Shown: positions 20,581-31,510, numbered from the stretch's first letter. The stretch: 64,000 nucleotides of DNA from Nostoc sp. DedSLP01 (GCA_034530875.2 JAVRCJ020000014.1:96001-160000), one strand, 5' to 3'. Notes: generated by a model from the letters alone, not told the origin. A program made the numbers and translations.

Positions 20581-21354
20581 ATGGCGCAGCGCTATGTACG
20601 AATTCAAAATCAAGAAGGACAGATTTACTATGGGTTACTACAACCATCCTTCAACGTCCAGGTGCTAGATGCTCCGCCCTGGTTACAGGGGCAACCTACT
20701 GATTTGACTTTGACGCCAGAAGATTACCAAATTTTGGCTCCTTGCGCTCCGTCAAAAATTGTGGCGGTGGGGAAGAATTACGCCGATCATGCGGCGGAAA
20801 TGGGAACTCCAGTGCCTTCTGAGCCACTAATTTTTCTCAAGCCACCCACGTCGATTATTCCATCTGAGACGGAAATTAAATATCCTCCCCAGTCGCAACG
20901 AGTAGATTACGAAGGAGAGTTAGCATTAGTGATTGGCGATCGCGTTTTTGACTGTACGCCAGAAGTCGCCCAAACTAAAATTTGGGGCTACACTATCGCT
21001 AATGATGTGACAGCGCGGGATTTACAAAAAAAAGATGGTCAATGGACGCGAGCCAAAGGTTTTGATACTTTTTGTCCTCTGGGGCCTTGGATTGTGCGGG
21101 AGTTAAATCCAGGAGCTAGATTACAGACTTTTCTCAATGATGATACCAATCCAGTTCAATCTGCCTGTATCGATCGAATGGTATTTCCGCCGGATGTTTT
21201 AGTGTCTTATATCAGTAAAGTGATGACACTACTACCAGGGGATGTAGTGCTTACAGGAACGCCAGAGGGTGTGAGTCCATTGCAATTGGGCGATCGCATC
21301 CGTGTAGAAATTGAGGGTATTGGCCGTCTGGAAAACACCGTGGCGATCCGTTAA
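20581..21354 (+). CDS. Fumarylacetoacetate hydrolase family protein
   Basis: KIVAVGKNYADH, DYEGEL, NDVTARD, KGFDTFCPLGP and TGTP motifs. Confidence 0.92.
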   Translation: MAQRYVRIQNQEGQIYYGLLQPSFNVQVLDAPPWLQGQPTDLTLTPEDYQILAPCAPSKIVAVGKNYADHAAEMGTPVPSEPLIFLKPPTSIIPSETEIKYPPQSQRVDYEGELALVIGDRVFDCTPEVAQTKIWGYTIANDVTARDLQKKDGQWTRAKGFDTFCPLGPWIVRELNPGARLQTFLNDDTNPVQSACIDRMVFPPDVLVSYISKVMTLLPGDVVLTGTPEGVSPLQLGDRIRVEIEGIGRLENTVAIR

Positions 21355-21357
21355 CGA

Positions 21358-21837
21358 CTAGCGAACTTGCATATATACCGCATCAGAAATCGCTGGAATT
21401 TCTGCATAACGCCCGATTAAAGATTGGATGACTGAATATCCAACTCCTACTACTACACCTAAAAAGATGGTGTTAGCAACCGTTTCTATGGCAAAGCCAG
21501 TACCGGGAACCTGTCTCAAAATTTGCACTAATATGGAACATAAAAATATAACTATATCCAGAAGAATTGCCTGCATTGTGTTGAAACGAATGAAGTGACT
21601 GATTTTTTCGTTTCTGACTACCAATAAGAACAAGGCAAAGAACACGATTAGTTGTCCTAATTGTCCTAAACTACCGTAAATTATCAGTACTGGTTGCAGC
21701 GGTAAAAGTAAGACTTGTAAAGCTGGAAACTGGGTAAACAAAAAGCTGCCAAAGACCAAACCATCAATTAACGGCAGCAAATAAGGCAAACAAGCAAAAA
21801 TTCTATCTGGAACTGTTGTAGACCCGCGCCAAGTCAT
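21358..21837 (-). CDS. Tic20/Ycf60 family membrane protein
   Basis: DRIFACLPYLLP, VVRN...HFIRFN.MQA.LLDI, IP.ISDAV..Q. Confidence 0.88.
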   Translation of the reverse strand: MTWRGSTTVPDRIFACLPYLLPLIDGLVFGSFLFTQFPALQVLLLPLQPVLIIYGSLGQLGQLIVFFALFLLVVRNEKISHFIRFNTMQAILLDIVIFLCSILVQILRQVPGTGFAIETVANTIFLGVVVGVGYSVIQSLIGRYAEIPAISDAVYMQVR

Positions 21838-21918
21838 TATGCATTCTCCTATGGTGATATTTCAACACTTACTTGACCTTAGGATAACGCAGTTGCATGG
21901 TCTTGCTGTGAATTCGGA

Positions 21919-22116
21919 TTATTCTATATGGGCAATGCGAAAGCCCATTAGACATTCATATTGGTCTGGCTGCTGTTGAGTCAGTTTGCGAATAGCTTGG
22001 CCGCAACGCAGTTGACCTCCACGCCAACGGGGTTGGCCGCTGCCATCAGCGAGTAAACAAGACTGGCAAACTTGCTCAGGGGCAAGGATTTGCTCGTCCA
22101 TTAAAATGACTAGCAT
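21919..22116 (-). CDS. Small four-cysteine hypothetical protein (possible metal-binding)
   Basis: 65 aa, CQSC...C...C; GGAGG RBS upstream. Confidence 0.7.
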   Translation of the reverse strand: MLVILMDEQILAPEQVCQSCLLADGSGQPRWRGGQLRCGQAIRKLTQQQPDQYECLMGFRIAHIE

Positions 22117-22528
22117 CTAATCCCTCCTGTAAATTTTCATTGTCAGCTAAATTTCACTTGAAAAAAGACACTCGTTGTAGCGGTCTCAAAGGACAGCACC
22201 TTGTCAGTTATGATGATTGGCGATCGCAGAATATACTTAAGAGCCACATCCTAACTGGTTGTAGCAAAAATGCAGGTGTCACAATTCAATCGAAGTTGTC
22301 AAGTGAATCTTAATTTATTGTATGTTCTGTTCTGTGGGAGATTGGGTTGTTTAGTCAAAAAAGCCTTATCTTAGGGTGTTGACTTTGCCAAAATTTAAAT
22401 ATATGAAACTAAGTTAACTCAATAGCCTTTTCAAGGATGCAATTACGAATTAGTGAGGTAAACTTGCAAGCAAGGTAATACACAACTATTACTAGGTAGG
22501 CGGTTCTTCGGTCTGGGCATCACTCATA

Positions 22529-25500
22529 ATGGACAACTGGCAATTTCTGATACAGAAGCAAGGCGATCGCTCGTGGCATATCCTGGAATCGCCAAATTTA
22601 CAAATTTTGGAAGGGCAGTATAGAGTTCTGGCTCGTTCTAGCCTGCGCAATACTGATGTGGAAGTGCGCGTCACTCACTTTTCAACACACGAAGCCACAC
22701 CAAAACGGCGAATTTTCAAGCGATCGCGTCGCATTAACTCTGAAGGCTTGATGGCGGTTATTCCCTTTACTGACTTTGAGCCAGGAATTTGGGAGTTGCG
22801 CTGCTGCGGCGATTTAATGTCGGATATGCTCGGTAAATCCTGGCAATACAGCATCCAAGTGCAAGTCCTGTCTCAGGAGGTATGGAATAGGGAAGATGCA
22901 GAAACAATACCACCCCACCACCTCATCACCCCACCTCTCCCACACTCCCAATACCCCATTGCCGATGCGCCATCGCCTGTAGAAACGCCAGATAAAGCGA
23001 TCGCCATCCCCACAGATAGCAGCCTTGAGACTGCTGTTGTGCCAGATACAAGCAAACAAGAAGACACAGATAGCAGTTTTGAGACTGCTGTTGTAGTAGA
23101 TGCGATCGAACAACAAGAAGATACAGATAGCAGTTTTGAGACTGCTGGTGTGGTAGATGCGATCGAACAAGAAGATACAGTTAGCAGTTTTGAGACTGCT
23201 GGTGTGGTAGATGCGATCGAACAAGAAGATACAGCTAGCAGTTTTGATATTGCTGTTGTGAATGCGGCTAAACAAGAAGATACAGATACGCCTGACACCA
23301 ATGTTGTGGCAGATGCGATCGAGCAAGAAGAAGACACAGATAGCAGCCTTGAGATTGCTGTCGTGAATGCGGCTAAACAAGAAGATACAGCGAGCGATCG
23401 CTCAGGTAACCCTGTATGGCTCAAAGGTGAGACGGCAGAACAAATTTTACAAAATTTAATAGAATTAGCTTTACCGACTAGCGAACCGTTGTCCGAAGAT
23501 GAAGAGGTTGTAGATTCTTCAGAAACACAACAGCCACAGCCATTATTGCTAACTTTAGATCGGGATACTTACGTTGCTTGTTGGGGGCAAGCTTTAACAA
23601 TTAATGGCCGGGTAGAACTTGAGGAAAAGACGAATCTAGAATTTGCTGAAACAGGATCGCCAAAAAGCGTCCGCGGACTAGAACTAAAAATTGAACTGCG
23701 ATCGCCCTTAGAGCCGCAAATCTTAAGCCAGGTACGGCGACCCTTGCCAGACCAAGACCTGCCTTTCACGATCGGTACCTCAATTGATATTCCTGCTGAG
23801 TGTGAATCAAAGTTAATTTTGGCAGATATTAGTTTGTATGGTAGATTGACCGAAATTGGTGAGCTTATACACTTAGCCAGTTATTCTTTCAGCATTACAG
23901 CAGATGTCACAGAATTACTGGCGATCGCAACCGCACCCAAACCTAGCACATCATCAAATAAGCTGACAGCGCCTTCGGCATCCTCTGATAATTTCACAGA
24001 ACCAGAGGCAGCAGTTAAACTCGATTTAAAACTATTGAATCTAGTCAAACTCCGCAAAACAGACCAGCCTCAGCTAACCAGCCCATCTTCAAATACACCA
24101 ACACCACCGCAAATTAACTTGGAAGTTCTGCGAGAAGCAACCCGAAAAACATCTCAGCACAAGACTTCAGCTACTTTGCCTCAATTACCGAAACTGCCGC
24201 CCATTCAAATTGATGTCAACACTTCTACAGACGTTGTTGCAGAATCTCCTACACAGAGTGAGCTTGTAGAAAAGGATGCTACCGTAACTGCCATCAATTT
24301 AGAGCAGTTACTCATCAAGCAACGTCGGATACCAATACTAGACACGACTTTTCCATTCTTGAAACGGGTACAAGCTACGCCAAGCTTTACAGAAGTAATA
24401 AATAATACCTCAGATACTTTAGAAATTGCGGCAACTGAGGACTCACTACACTTAGGCCAAACTCTCGCTGAAGAGGAAAATACAACTGAAGTACAACCTC
24501 AGGTAAATCTAGAATTCCAAGAACAACCTGCTCCTCAAGTACTACCTCAGCCAAATCCAGAATTTCACGAAGAATCTGCTCCTCAAGTACAACCTGAACT
24601 ATATCTAGAATTTCAAGAAGAATCTGCTCCTCAAGTACTACCTCAGGTAAATCTAGAATTCCAAGAAGAACCTGCTCCTCAAGTACTACCTCAGCTCAAT
24701 CCAGAATTCATTCAAACAAAACTTTACTCTTCTCCCTTGCTCAGGAAGTGGATGCAGAGCCAAGGATACTCTTTGCCTGAAACTATAAATGAGCTGCCAC
24801 CCCAAAGTTATGAGAACTATCTTCCAGTCGAGCAGACGCCCCCTTCTGTTAATGCAGAAAGCCCTAACGATGATGTTCTTGATATCAACTTGCTTTTAAG
24901 CTTAGATGCCAACACAGAAATACTAGAAGACACAGATACGCAAGAAAAAGCAGACCTGAGTATACAGGAGAATACGGAAGTAGAACAAATATTAGAAGAA
25001 CCGACATTTTCACCGCCTCTAGTATCACAAGTACCACCGCCTCCTCCTCCGATAAACACAGTTACAGCGTCAGCTTGGTTGGAGGAAGAAATTGTTGTAG
25101 ATGATACATACAGCGAATCAGAAACCAATGTAACGAACAGCTATGTGTTGGAGGAAGAGGAGCAACCACTGTCAGATTTGTCTCGTCTTTTAGCTATCAG
25201 TGCGGAAGCCATTGAGCCTTTGCCAATTCCACAACTGCATGTACCAGAGGGCGAACTCATAGCTGGTAAGTCTGTGATGGTGCGGGTAGTGATGCCTGAA
25301 GTCACTCGACAAGTTGCTATCAAGTTATGGGTTGAAGATTGTCAAACTCGTTGGTTATTAGACGGGCCGCATTTACTGACAAATTTACTACCTAACGCCT
25401 TGGGAGGCCTAGAAGTGATGACACAATTAAACATTTCCTTTGGCTGTTTGGAAATTCGTATAGAAGCGATCGCTCTCGATCCGACAACCCAACAAGAGAG

Positions 25501-25579
25501 TCACAAAGTCACCATAGTGCGGACTGTCATCCCTCCAGACTTGCCCAATTTAGAACTAGATGAACTATTGGGTATTTAA
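22529..25579 (+). CDS. Large acidic protein with globular termini and two internal tandem-repeat tracts
   Basis: 1016-aa ORF; globular-looking N-terminus (WQFLIQKQGDRSW) and C-terminus separated by long E/P/T-rich linkers. Confidence 0.8.
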   Translation: MDNWQFLIQKQGDRSWHILESPNLQILEGQYRVLARSSLRNTDVEVRVTHFSTHEATPKRRIFKRSRRINSEGLMAVIPFTDFEPGIWELRCCGDLMSDMLGKSWQYSIQVQVLSQEVWNREDAETIPPHHLITPPLPHSQYPIADAPSPVETPDKAIAIPTDSSLETAVVPDTSKQEDTDSSFETAVVVDAIEQQEDTDSSFETAGVVDAIEQEDTVSSFETAGVVDAIEQEDTASSFDIAVVNAAKQEDTDTPDTNVVADAIEQEEDTDSSLEIAVVNAAKQEDTASDRSGNPVWLKGETAEQILQNLIELALPTSEPLSEDEEVVDSSETQQPQPLLLTLDRDTYVACWGQALTINGRVELEEKTNLEFAETGSPKSVRGLELKIELRSPLEPQILSQVRRPLPDQDLPFTIGTSIDIPAECESKLILADISLYGRLTEIGELIHLASYSFSITADVTELLAIATAPKPSTSSNKLTAPSASSDNFTEPEAAVKLDLKLLNLVKLRKTDQPQLTSPSSNTPTPPQINLEVLREATRKTSQHKTSATLPQLPKLPPIQIDVNTSTDVVAESPTQSELVEKDATVTAINLEQLLIKQRRIPILDTTFPFLKRVQATPSFTEVINNTSDTLEIAATEDSLHLGQTLAEEENTTEVQPQVNLEFQEQPAPQVLPQPNPEFHEESAPQVQPELYLEFQEESAPQVLPQVNLEFQEEPAPQVLPQLNPEFIQTKLYSSPLLRKWMQSQGYSLPETINELPPQSYENYLPVEQTPPSVNAESPNDDVLDINLLLSLDANTEILEDTDTQEKADLSIQENTEVEQILEEPTFSPPLVSQVPPPPPPINTVTASAWLEEEIVVDDTYSESETNVTNSYVLEEEEQPLSDLSRLLAISAEAIEPLPIPQLHVPEGELIAGKSVMVRVVMPEVTRQVAIKLWVEDCQTRWLLDGPHLLTNLLPNALGGLEVMTQLNISFGCLEIRIEAIALDPTTQQESHKVTIVRTVIPPDLPNLELDELLGI
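23012..23390 (+). repeat. In-frame tandem repeat, about 7 units of 51-57 bp
   Basis: Units start at 23012, 23066, 23123, 23177, 23231, 23282 and 23336, encoding TDSSFETAGVVDAIEQED-like peptides. Confidence 0.9.
24489..24709 (+). repeat. In-frame tandem repeat, about 4.5 units of 48 bp
   Basis: Units at 24489, 24537, 24585, 24633 and 24681, encoding QVLPQVNLEFQEEPAP-like peptides. Confidence 0.9.
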
Positions 25580-25818
25580 CCCAGGGGTGAGGGCATAGGT
25601 CAAACAGAGAATGGGGGAAAGGGAAAACGGTAAGGGGGAAAGGTTAAATTTATTCCTTTTCCCTTTTCCCTTTAACCTTTTCCCCTGTCTCCCCACCTCT
25701 TCCCCATGCCCTATGCCCAATATCTGCTGTGTTAAAAATCTTTAGAATTTAAAAAATCTGACGCACTTTGCAGTAAGCTCATCTTGAATTGTAGTGTGAT
25801 TTCACAGGAACTTTTACT

Positions 25819-25959
25819 ATGGCATTTGATTTTTTGCCTACTATCTTGGCTAGTACTTCTTACTTGCCTGCTATCTTTGTTCCAATCATTGGTTGGGTTC
25901 TACCAGGTGTGGTTTTCGCATTTCTATTTTTATACATAGAAAGCGAAGATATTGCTTGA
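25819..25959 (+). CDS. psaI: Photosystem I reaction centre subunit VIII
   Basis: Manual translation MAFDFLPTILASTSYLPAIFVPIIGWVLPGVVFAFLFLYIESEDIA*; the LP.IFVP..G...P.V....LF.YIE pattern is PsaI. Confidence 0.9.
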   Translation: MAFDFLPTILASTSYLPAIFVPIIGWVLPGVVFAFLFLYIESEDIA

Positions 25960-26184
25960 TTGGTTTATGACTAATTGGTGATTGGTAATAGATGACTTCG
26001 CTTTTTACCAATTACCTAATTATTCACTTTCCAGTCATTTTCATCAAGTTGATTGTAGAGCTAATTAATATACAGCAGAATTGGTGAATTCACAAGTCAA
26101 AATTGCAAAGTAAAACAAGCTTGAGGGTATGCGATCGCGCTTAGGTTGCGTACTTCACATTACTTAAAATCTGCTGTAACAATA

Positions 26185-26216
26185 CCGCCTATCTCAAAGA
26201 GACAGGCGGCTTTTTT
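26185..26216. terminator. Terminator hairpin between convergent psaI and psbJ
   Basis: CCGCCTATCTC-aaa-GAGACAGGCGG followed by a T run. Confidence 0.65.
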
Positions 26217-26278
26217 ATGCTGATTTCTCAACAAATGCTAAAAAATTCAGACTTTATAGTATTGGCTTCAAACTAATT

Positions 26279-26398
26279 TTAGATTGAAGAACCCAGTCCA
26301 GCGTAGGCACCATAAAAGAAAATGCCTAAGACTGTAATTACACCTAATCCTGCGACCGTAGCGACGACCCACAGGGGAATTCTCCCACTTCCAGACAC
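26279..26398 (-). CDS. psbJ: Photosystem II protein J
   Basis: GTG start; [39 protein letters not shown]. Confidence 0.96.
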   Translation of the reverse strand: MSGSGRIPLWVVATVAGLGVITVLGIFFYGAYAGLGSSI

Positions 26399-26464
26399 AG
26401 CTTCTCTCCTCCCTTAACAACAAATCAACACAAGTTCAATAAACAAAGATTAACAAAGGTATTT

Positions 26465-26584
26465 CTAGTTAAAGAAGTAACTAGAAAACAGAATTCCCAG
26501 AACAAAAATTAGTAGTAGTCCCAGGTATAGCGAAGTCCGGTTTAATTCAACCGGTTGATTATTAGGATTGGGCGATCTTTCCAT
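26465..26584 (-). CDS. psbL: Photosystem II protein L
   Basis: [39 protein letters not shown]. Confidence 0.96.
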   Translation of the reverse strand: MERSPNPNNQPVELNRTSLYLGLLLIFVLGILFSSYFFN

Positions 26585-26593
26585 AACTTGCTC

Positions 26594-26731
26594 CTAGCGT
26601 TGAATAAATTGCATTGCGGCGATCGCGCCCAAAAAGAATACAGTTGGCACACCTAAGGTGTGAACTGCCAGCCATCTAACGGTAAAAATTGGATAGGTAA
26701 CTGGTTGATTGATGTTATTGCCGCTAGTCAT
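26594..26731 (-). CDS. psbF: Cytochrome b559 beta subunit
   Basis: [45 protein letters not shown]. Confidence 0.97.
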   Translation of the reverse strand: MTSGNNINQPVTYPIFTVRWLAVHTLGVPTVFFLGAIAAMQFIQR

Positions 26732-26740
26732 GATCTCAAA

Positions 26741-26989
26741 CTACTTTCCAATAAATTGTTCAACTTGGTTTTTCGCTTCAAAACGGTTCTTCACAATTGG
26801 TACTTCCTGCCGCACTGGTGTGAAATATTCATTGGGGCGGGGTGTACCAAAAGCATCATAAGCCAGTCCAGTGCTGACAAATAACCAACCAGCAATAAAC
26901 AATGCGGGGATGGTGATGCTGTGAATTACCCAGTAACGAACGCTGGTAATGATGTCCGAAAACGGACGCTCTCCAGTGGTACCTGACAT
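26741..26989 (-). CDS. psbE: Cytochrome b559 alpha subunit
   Basis: [28 protein letters not shown]. Confidence 0.98.
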   Translation of the reverse strand: MSGTTGERPFSDIITSVRYWVIHSITIPALFIAGWLFVSTGLAYDAFGTPRPNEYFTPVRQEVPIVKNRFEAKNQVEQFIGK

Positions 26990-27169
26990 TTAGATCCCTA
27001 CCTTCATTAAGAATGTATTGAGTTTATTATCCTACAAAGTTTAGAAAGAGTTACAAGTTGCAACGTTCTTCTCAGAAATGGGCATTGGGGATTGGGGACT
27101 GGGTATTGGGTATTGGGTATTATAAAAGCTCTTCCCAGTCCCTAGTCACCAGTCACCAGTCCCTAGCCC

Positions 27170-28189
27170 CTAAGCTGCTTGTGCAGAAGTTGTTTCCGGA
27201 TTTGGTATGTATTTAAGCAAGACGCCGCGATCGCCAATGACAAATCCTTGGTCTGGTTGGAAGAAAACAATCTTGTACAAATTGGCAGCTACTTCTTCTA
27301 CATCACGGTCTTTTTCCCAGGTTTTACCACCGTCGCTACTGCGTAGTAAATTACCGCTACCACCACCTATCCAAATTTCCTCGGGTGTGCGGTATGCCAA
27401 ATCGAGTAAACCCCAACTGGTCGATAACTCTGGAAAATCTGCTTTTTGCCACTCCTCAGGTTTAGCTGGTTCGGTAAACTGGAGCTGACCTCCTCTGGCT
27501 AGCATCCACAACTGACCACTGTCAGCAAAACCCATATTTTCTACTCGGCGGGAACTATTGCGATTATGAGGAACCCAAGCATTTTGTCCTGGTTCCCAAG
27601 TTGAGTAGAAATTACCTTTAGCGGAAACGGCAACATATTTGCCATCAGCAGAACGTTCTAAGTTACGCACTACACCCACTGCTGATTCCACTTTGGCTTT
27701 CCAGTTTTTGCCGCCATCTGTGGTTTGATAGATGGCTCCCACATCAGTAGCCATCTCAGCTGTGTTCTCTCCTAGTGCTTTAACTGCGATCGGGTTACCT
27801 GGTAGCTTTTCGCTCAGAGCAATCCGGGACCAAGAAGCGCCTTCATCAGTAGTATGAATTAAAAATCCAGGTTCTCCGGCAATCCAGCCTTCTTTACCCT
27901 GAAAACTAACTGAGTTAAAGCGATACTTTTGCTCATTTAGTTGCACTGCTATTGGTTTCCAAGTATCACCTCCGTCTTTAGTTTCCAACAGGGTGGCATT
28001 GCTACCTACTAAGTAGCCATGCTGAGGATTACCAGTAAAAGCAATATCCAGCAACTTTGCATCTGTTGGCACAGAAATGATTTTCCAAGGATTGTAGCTA
28101 ATAGAAGGCACTTTGCTACAACCAATACACATCAGGACTACAAGTAACAAGGCAAATATTCGTTGCCAACTTTTCACAATTGAATGCAT
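27170..28189 (-). CDS. ycf48: PSII assembly factor Ycf48 (HCF136)
   Basis: Lipoprotein signal, repeated T.DGG.TW propeller motifs, HNRNSSRR; conserved position upstream of psbE. Confidence 0.95.
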   Translation of the reverse strand: MHSIVKSWQRIFALLLVVLMCIGCSKVPSISYNPWKIISVPTDAKLLDIAFTGNPQHGYLVGSNATLLETKDGGDTWKPIAVQLNEQKYRFNSVSFQGKEGWIAGEPGFLIHTTDEGASWSRIALSEKLPGNPIAVKALGENTAEMATDVGAIYQTTDGGKNWKAKVESAVGVVRNLERSADGKYVAVSAKGNFYSTWEPGQNAWVPHNRNSSRRVENMGFADSGQLWMLARGGQLQFTEPAKPEEWQKADFPELSTSWGLLDLAYRTPEEIWIGGGSGNLLRSSDGGKTWEKDRDVEEVAANLYKIVFFQPDQGFVIGDRGVLLKYIPNPETTSAQAA

Positions 28190-28336
28190 CAGTATCTCTT
28201 AGATTGATTCTAAATTTGTGTAGGTGTTTTCTAAAAGGTTTACCTTAAAGGCTAAAGTCTTGAGAATTCAGAATTCAGAATTCAGAATTCAGAACTCCTA
28301 ACTCCCAACTCCCAACTCAGCACTCTCAACCGGGTG

Positions 28337-28672
28337 TTATTGTAAGCCGTAGAGACTGAGAAAAAACAAAAAGGCAAGAGCCAGGGCACCAAAAATTAAG
28401 AAATTCTTTTGGGTTGGCGTTAGGCTGTTGACACCCAAACCGTAACCGAGATTTTCTTTAAAGCCGGATGCCGAACCCACAGGCCCGATGTTGGCAAAAG
28501 CCGTTTTCTTGGCACTACAAACTGGACAGCGCCAATTTACGGGCAGTTCTGCAAAGGGCGTTCCTGAAGGAATGTCATCTTTGTCATCTCCTTTTTCAGG
28601 TTCGTAAACATAACCGCAGGCGCGACACTCATAGCGGTCTAACACTGAAGTCTCAACAGCTGGTTCGCTCAT
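28337..28672 (-). CDS. rubA: Membrane-anchored rubredoxin
   Basis: CRACGYVY...WRCPVC plus C-terminal TM helix; start reassigned to ATG 28672 (MSEPAV). Confidence 0.93.
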   Translation of the reverse strand: MSEPAVETSVLDRYECRACGYVYEPEKGDDKDDIPSGTPFAELPVNWRCPVCSAKKTAFANIGPVGSASGFKENLGYGLGVNSLTPTQKNFLIFGALALAFLFFLSLYGLQ

Positions 28673-28842
28673 GGCTAAGGTCTCGCAGAAGAGAAATCTT
28701 AAATATACGTTAAAAATTATGACATAACTGTTAGACTTTTCTATCAATACCAAAAACCAATCAAATACCTGAAATCCATTTGTTTCGTAGATTTCAGAAA
28801 AATCAAACAGATATAATGTAAAAGAAAGTTACGGAAATCAAG

Positions 28843-29005
28843 GGATTGGGTACTGGGGATTGGGGACTGGGGACTGGGTATTGGGCAAGCACAGAGGTGT
28901 GGGAGGAGCCAGAAGCATAAATTCTCTTTCTCAGCACACTTTTGTATCTCCCCACATTTCCCTATCTCCCCAGTCCTCAGTCGCCAGTCGCCAGTCCCTA
29001 GTCCC
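28843..29005. repeat. STRR heptamer tracts (TGGGGAC and inverted GTCCCCA/GTCGCCA) in the rubA-ndhC divergent region
   Basis: Tandem 7-mers in inverted arrangement; similar tracts at 27080-27170 and 28263-28320. Confidence 0.75.
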
Positions 29006-29038
29006 AACCAAAATACTTCATAGCGGTAGATACTCATT

Positions 29039-29401
29039 GTGTTTGTCCTCAGCGGTTACGAGTACCTTCTAGGCTTCTTAATAGTCTGTAGCCTAGTTCC
29101 TGCCTTAGCGCTCTCAGCATCCAAGCTCTTACGACCCAGCGGTTACAGTCCCGAACGGCGTACTACTTACGAATCTGGGATGGAACCCATCGGCGGAGCC
29201 TGGATTCAGTTCAATATTCGCTACTACATGTTTGCTCTGGTCTTCGTGGTCTTTGACGTGGAGACTGTATTCTTGTATCCTTGGGCGGTAGCTTTCCACC
29301 GTCTGGGGCTATTGGCATTTATTGAAGCGCTAATCTTTATTGCAATTCTTGTAGTTGCTTTAGTTTACGCATGGCGTAAAGGAGCTTTGGAATGGTCTTG
29401 A
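29039..29401 (+). CDS. ndhC: NDH-1 subunit C
   Basis: [28 protein letters not shown]. Confidence 0.97.
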   Translation: MFVLSGYEYLLGFLIVCSLVPALALSASKLLRPSGYSPERRTTYESGMEPIGGAWIQFNIRYYMFALVFVVFDVETVFLYPWAVAFHRLGLLAFIEALIFIAILVVALVYAWRKGALEWS

Positions 29402-30126
29402 ATTCTAACTTAACCCAGGACAAAGAGCGAATCATCAACCCCATTGAGCGTCCTACTGTCACTCAAGACCTTTCAGAAAATGTCATTTTGACTACGGTTG
29501 ACGATCTCTATAACTGGGCGCGGCTTTCTAGTTTGTGGCCGCTATTGTTTGGTACTGCTTGCTGCTTCATTGAGTTTGCAGCTTTAATTGGCTCGCGATT
29601 TGATTTTGACCGTTTTGGGCTAATTCCTCGTTCTAGCCCCCGCCAAGCCGATTTAATCATTACGGCAGGGACAATTACTATGAAGATGGCACCCCAATTG
29701 GTGCGTCTTTACGAACAAATGCCTGAGCCAAAGTATGTAATCGCGATGGGTGCTTGCACGATTACTGGCGGGATGTTCAGTGTTGATTCTCCAACGGCAG
29801 TGCGCGGAGTTGATAAACTGATTCCTGTGGATGTGTACTTGCCTGGTTGCCCTCCTCGTCCGGAAGCAATTATCGATGCAATTATTAAGTTGCGGAAGAA
29901 AATTGCTAATGATTCGATGCAAGAGCGAGATAAAATTAAGCAAACTCACCGCTATTACAGCACGACTCATAACCTCAAGCCAGTGGAAGAAATCTTAACT
30001 GGTAAGTATTTGCAGTCAGATACTCGCTCTGTACCACCGAAGGAATTGACAGAAGCGATCGGTATGCCAGTACCACCTGCATTGCTGACAGCAAAGAAAG
30101 AAAAGGAGGAACAACCCCGTGGCTGA
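29392..30126 (+). CDS. ndhK: NDH-1 subunit K
   Basis: [26 protein letters not shown]. Confidence 0.97.
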   Translation: MVLNSNLTQDKERIINPIERPTVTQDLSENVILTTVDDLYNWARLSSLWPLLFGTACCFIEFAALIGSRFDFDRFGLIPRSSPRQADLIITAGTITMKMAPQLVRLYEQMPEPKYVIAMGACTITGGMFSVDSPTAVRGVDKLIPVDVYLPGCPPRPEAIIDAIIKLRKKIANDSMQERDKIKQTHRYYSTTHNLKPVEEILTGKYLQSDTRSVPPKELTEAIGMPVPPALLTAKKEKEEQPRG

Positions 30127-30649
30127 AGAAGAATCTAAACCAGTACCAGCAGCTAAAGAAGAGTCATTAGTACAAGCTGGTAAAGTTTCCCAGTGGTTGA
30201 CGGAAAATGGTTTTGGCCATGAGGTTTTGGCACCAGACAAAAATGGGGTGGAGATAATTAAGGTGGAGCCAGATTTCTTACTCCCCACCGCTACAGCCCT
30301 CTATGCTTATGGGTTTAATTATCTCCAGTTTCAAGGTGGTGTTGATCTTGGGCCAGGACAGGAATTGGCGAGCGTGTATCACTTGATTAAAGTCGGTGAT
30401 AATGCAGATCGGCCTGAAGAAGTCCGGTTAAAGGTGTTCTTACCACGAGATAATCCGAGAGTGCCTTCAGTGTATTGGATTTGGAAAACGGCTGATTGGC
30501 AAGAGCGCGAGTCTTACGATATGTTCGGCATTATCTATGAAGGACACCCAAATCTCAAGCGACTTTTGATGCCGGAAGATTGGGTGGGTTGGCCTTTGCG
30601 GAAAGATTACGTCTCGCCTGATTTTTACGAGTTGCAAGACGCTTATTAA
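30119..30649 (+). CDS. ndhJ: NDH-1 subunit J
   Basis: [30 protein letters not shown]. Confidence 0.97.
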   Translation: MAEEESKPVPAAKEESLVQAGKVSQWLTENGFGHEVLAPDKNGVEIIKVEPDFLLPTATALYAYGFNYLQFQGGVDLGPGQELASVYHLIKVGDNADRPEEVRLKVFLPRDNPRVPSVYWIWKTADWQERESYDMFGIIYEGHPNLKRLLMPEDWVGWPLRKDYVSPDFYELQDAY

Positions 30650-30677
30650 TTTAGTGCTGAGTTTCGGTAGCGATTAA

Positions 30678-30713
30678 CCCCTTTCCGGTGGCGGAGAGGG
30701 GTAATGTTTTTTT
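30678..30713 (+). terminator. Rho-independent terminator of ndhCKJ
   Basis: CCCCTTTCCG-gtgg-CGGAGAGGGG stem followed by a T-rich tail. Confidence 0.65.
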
Positions 30714-30817
30714 AACGCAAAGGGGCGCAAAGGGAAGCGCGGAGGGGCGCAAAGGAGGTGCGTTGTTGCAAAAGCTCAACGCATGTGGAAGGATGCAATT
30801 ACAGTTTTGTCTTTTCG

Positions 30818-31510
30818 CTACTTTGAAGGCTTACTCAATGCTTTAACAAGCTCATCTTTTTTCATTTTAGTGATGCCAGTAATTCCTTGTTTTTTTGCCA
30901 TCGCTTTTAGATCGGCTGTTGTCATTGTTTTGAGAATACCGATATCAGTAGTTGTATCTGGCATTGGCTGAGGAGTTAGATAAAACACTTGATTTAAAGC
31001 ATCAAGTTTTTTACCTTTGGTAATGCCACACTTCAGATCGACAATTGGATCTAATGTCTTCCAATATTGACGAGGAGCTTCATCTATTCGGTTTGTAGCT
31101 ATAGCAGGTTTAACTGTTTTGAGAACACTATCTGGTTGCTTGACTAAATACTCTAATGCTGCTTTGATTTCATCCCTAGATGCCTTAGAAAGATTGATTT
31201 TTGGAATTTCTTCTCCTGCCAATACTTTTGTGACTTCAACTGTCTCATCACTACCATCGGTAATAATGCACCAAACACGATTTAAGCGAGCTGCTTCTGC
31301 AATTGCATAAATGAAAGAGTTACCAATTACTTGATATTTATCTTTACCAGTTTCTTTCACAATTACTGGAATCCAATTTCTTCCCCCCTTTTGCTTGAGT
31401 AAATTAGCTGAAGCTTTAATTAAAAATTCAGGTGCATCAGTTCCTTCACCAGGGTCAATTTCATCCAAATATAAATGCATCAAGTTTCCAATATCGCTGA
31501 GGCTACTCAT
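30818..31510 (-). CDS. ParB/Srx-like N-terminal domain protein with a C-terminal Rho_N-like helical domain
   Basis: NWIPVIVKE...YQVIGNSFIYAIA......VWCII resembles the ParB-N fold but lacks GxxRxxA; C-terminal MTTADLKAMAKKQGITGITKMKKDELVKAL is Rho_N-like; ATGA overlap with the upstream gene. Confidence 0.7.
   Translation of the reverse strand: MSSLSDIGNLMHLYLDEIDPGEGTDAPEFLIKASANLLKQKGGRNWIPVIVKETGKDKYQVIGNSFIYAIAEAARLNRVWCIITDGSDETVEVTKVLAGEEIPKINLSKASRDEIKAALEYLVKQPDSVLKTVKPAIATNRIDEAPRQYWKTLDPIVDLKCGITKGKKLDALNQVFYLTPQPMPDTTTDIGILKTMTTADLKAMAKKQGITGITKMKKDELVKALSKPSK

Noticed and set aside
22140..22300. Possible riboswitch in the leader of the four-Cys ORF
   Set aside because: A repeated TTGTAGC and some pairing potential are present, but I could not match it to any riboswitch consensus
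23012..23390. Regularly spaced repeats resembling a CRISPR array
   Set aside because: Units are whole degenerate tandem copies, multiples of 3 and in frame within a CDS, with no unique spacers and no cas genes
26660..26884. 74-aa + strand ORF
   Set aside because: Antisense to psbE/psbF
28744..29072. ORFs 28744-29037 and 28860-29072 (also 50671-50922)
   Set aside because: Translations of STRR/dispersed repeats in intergenic regions
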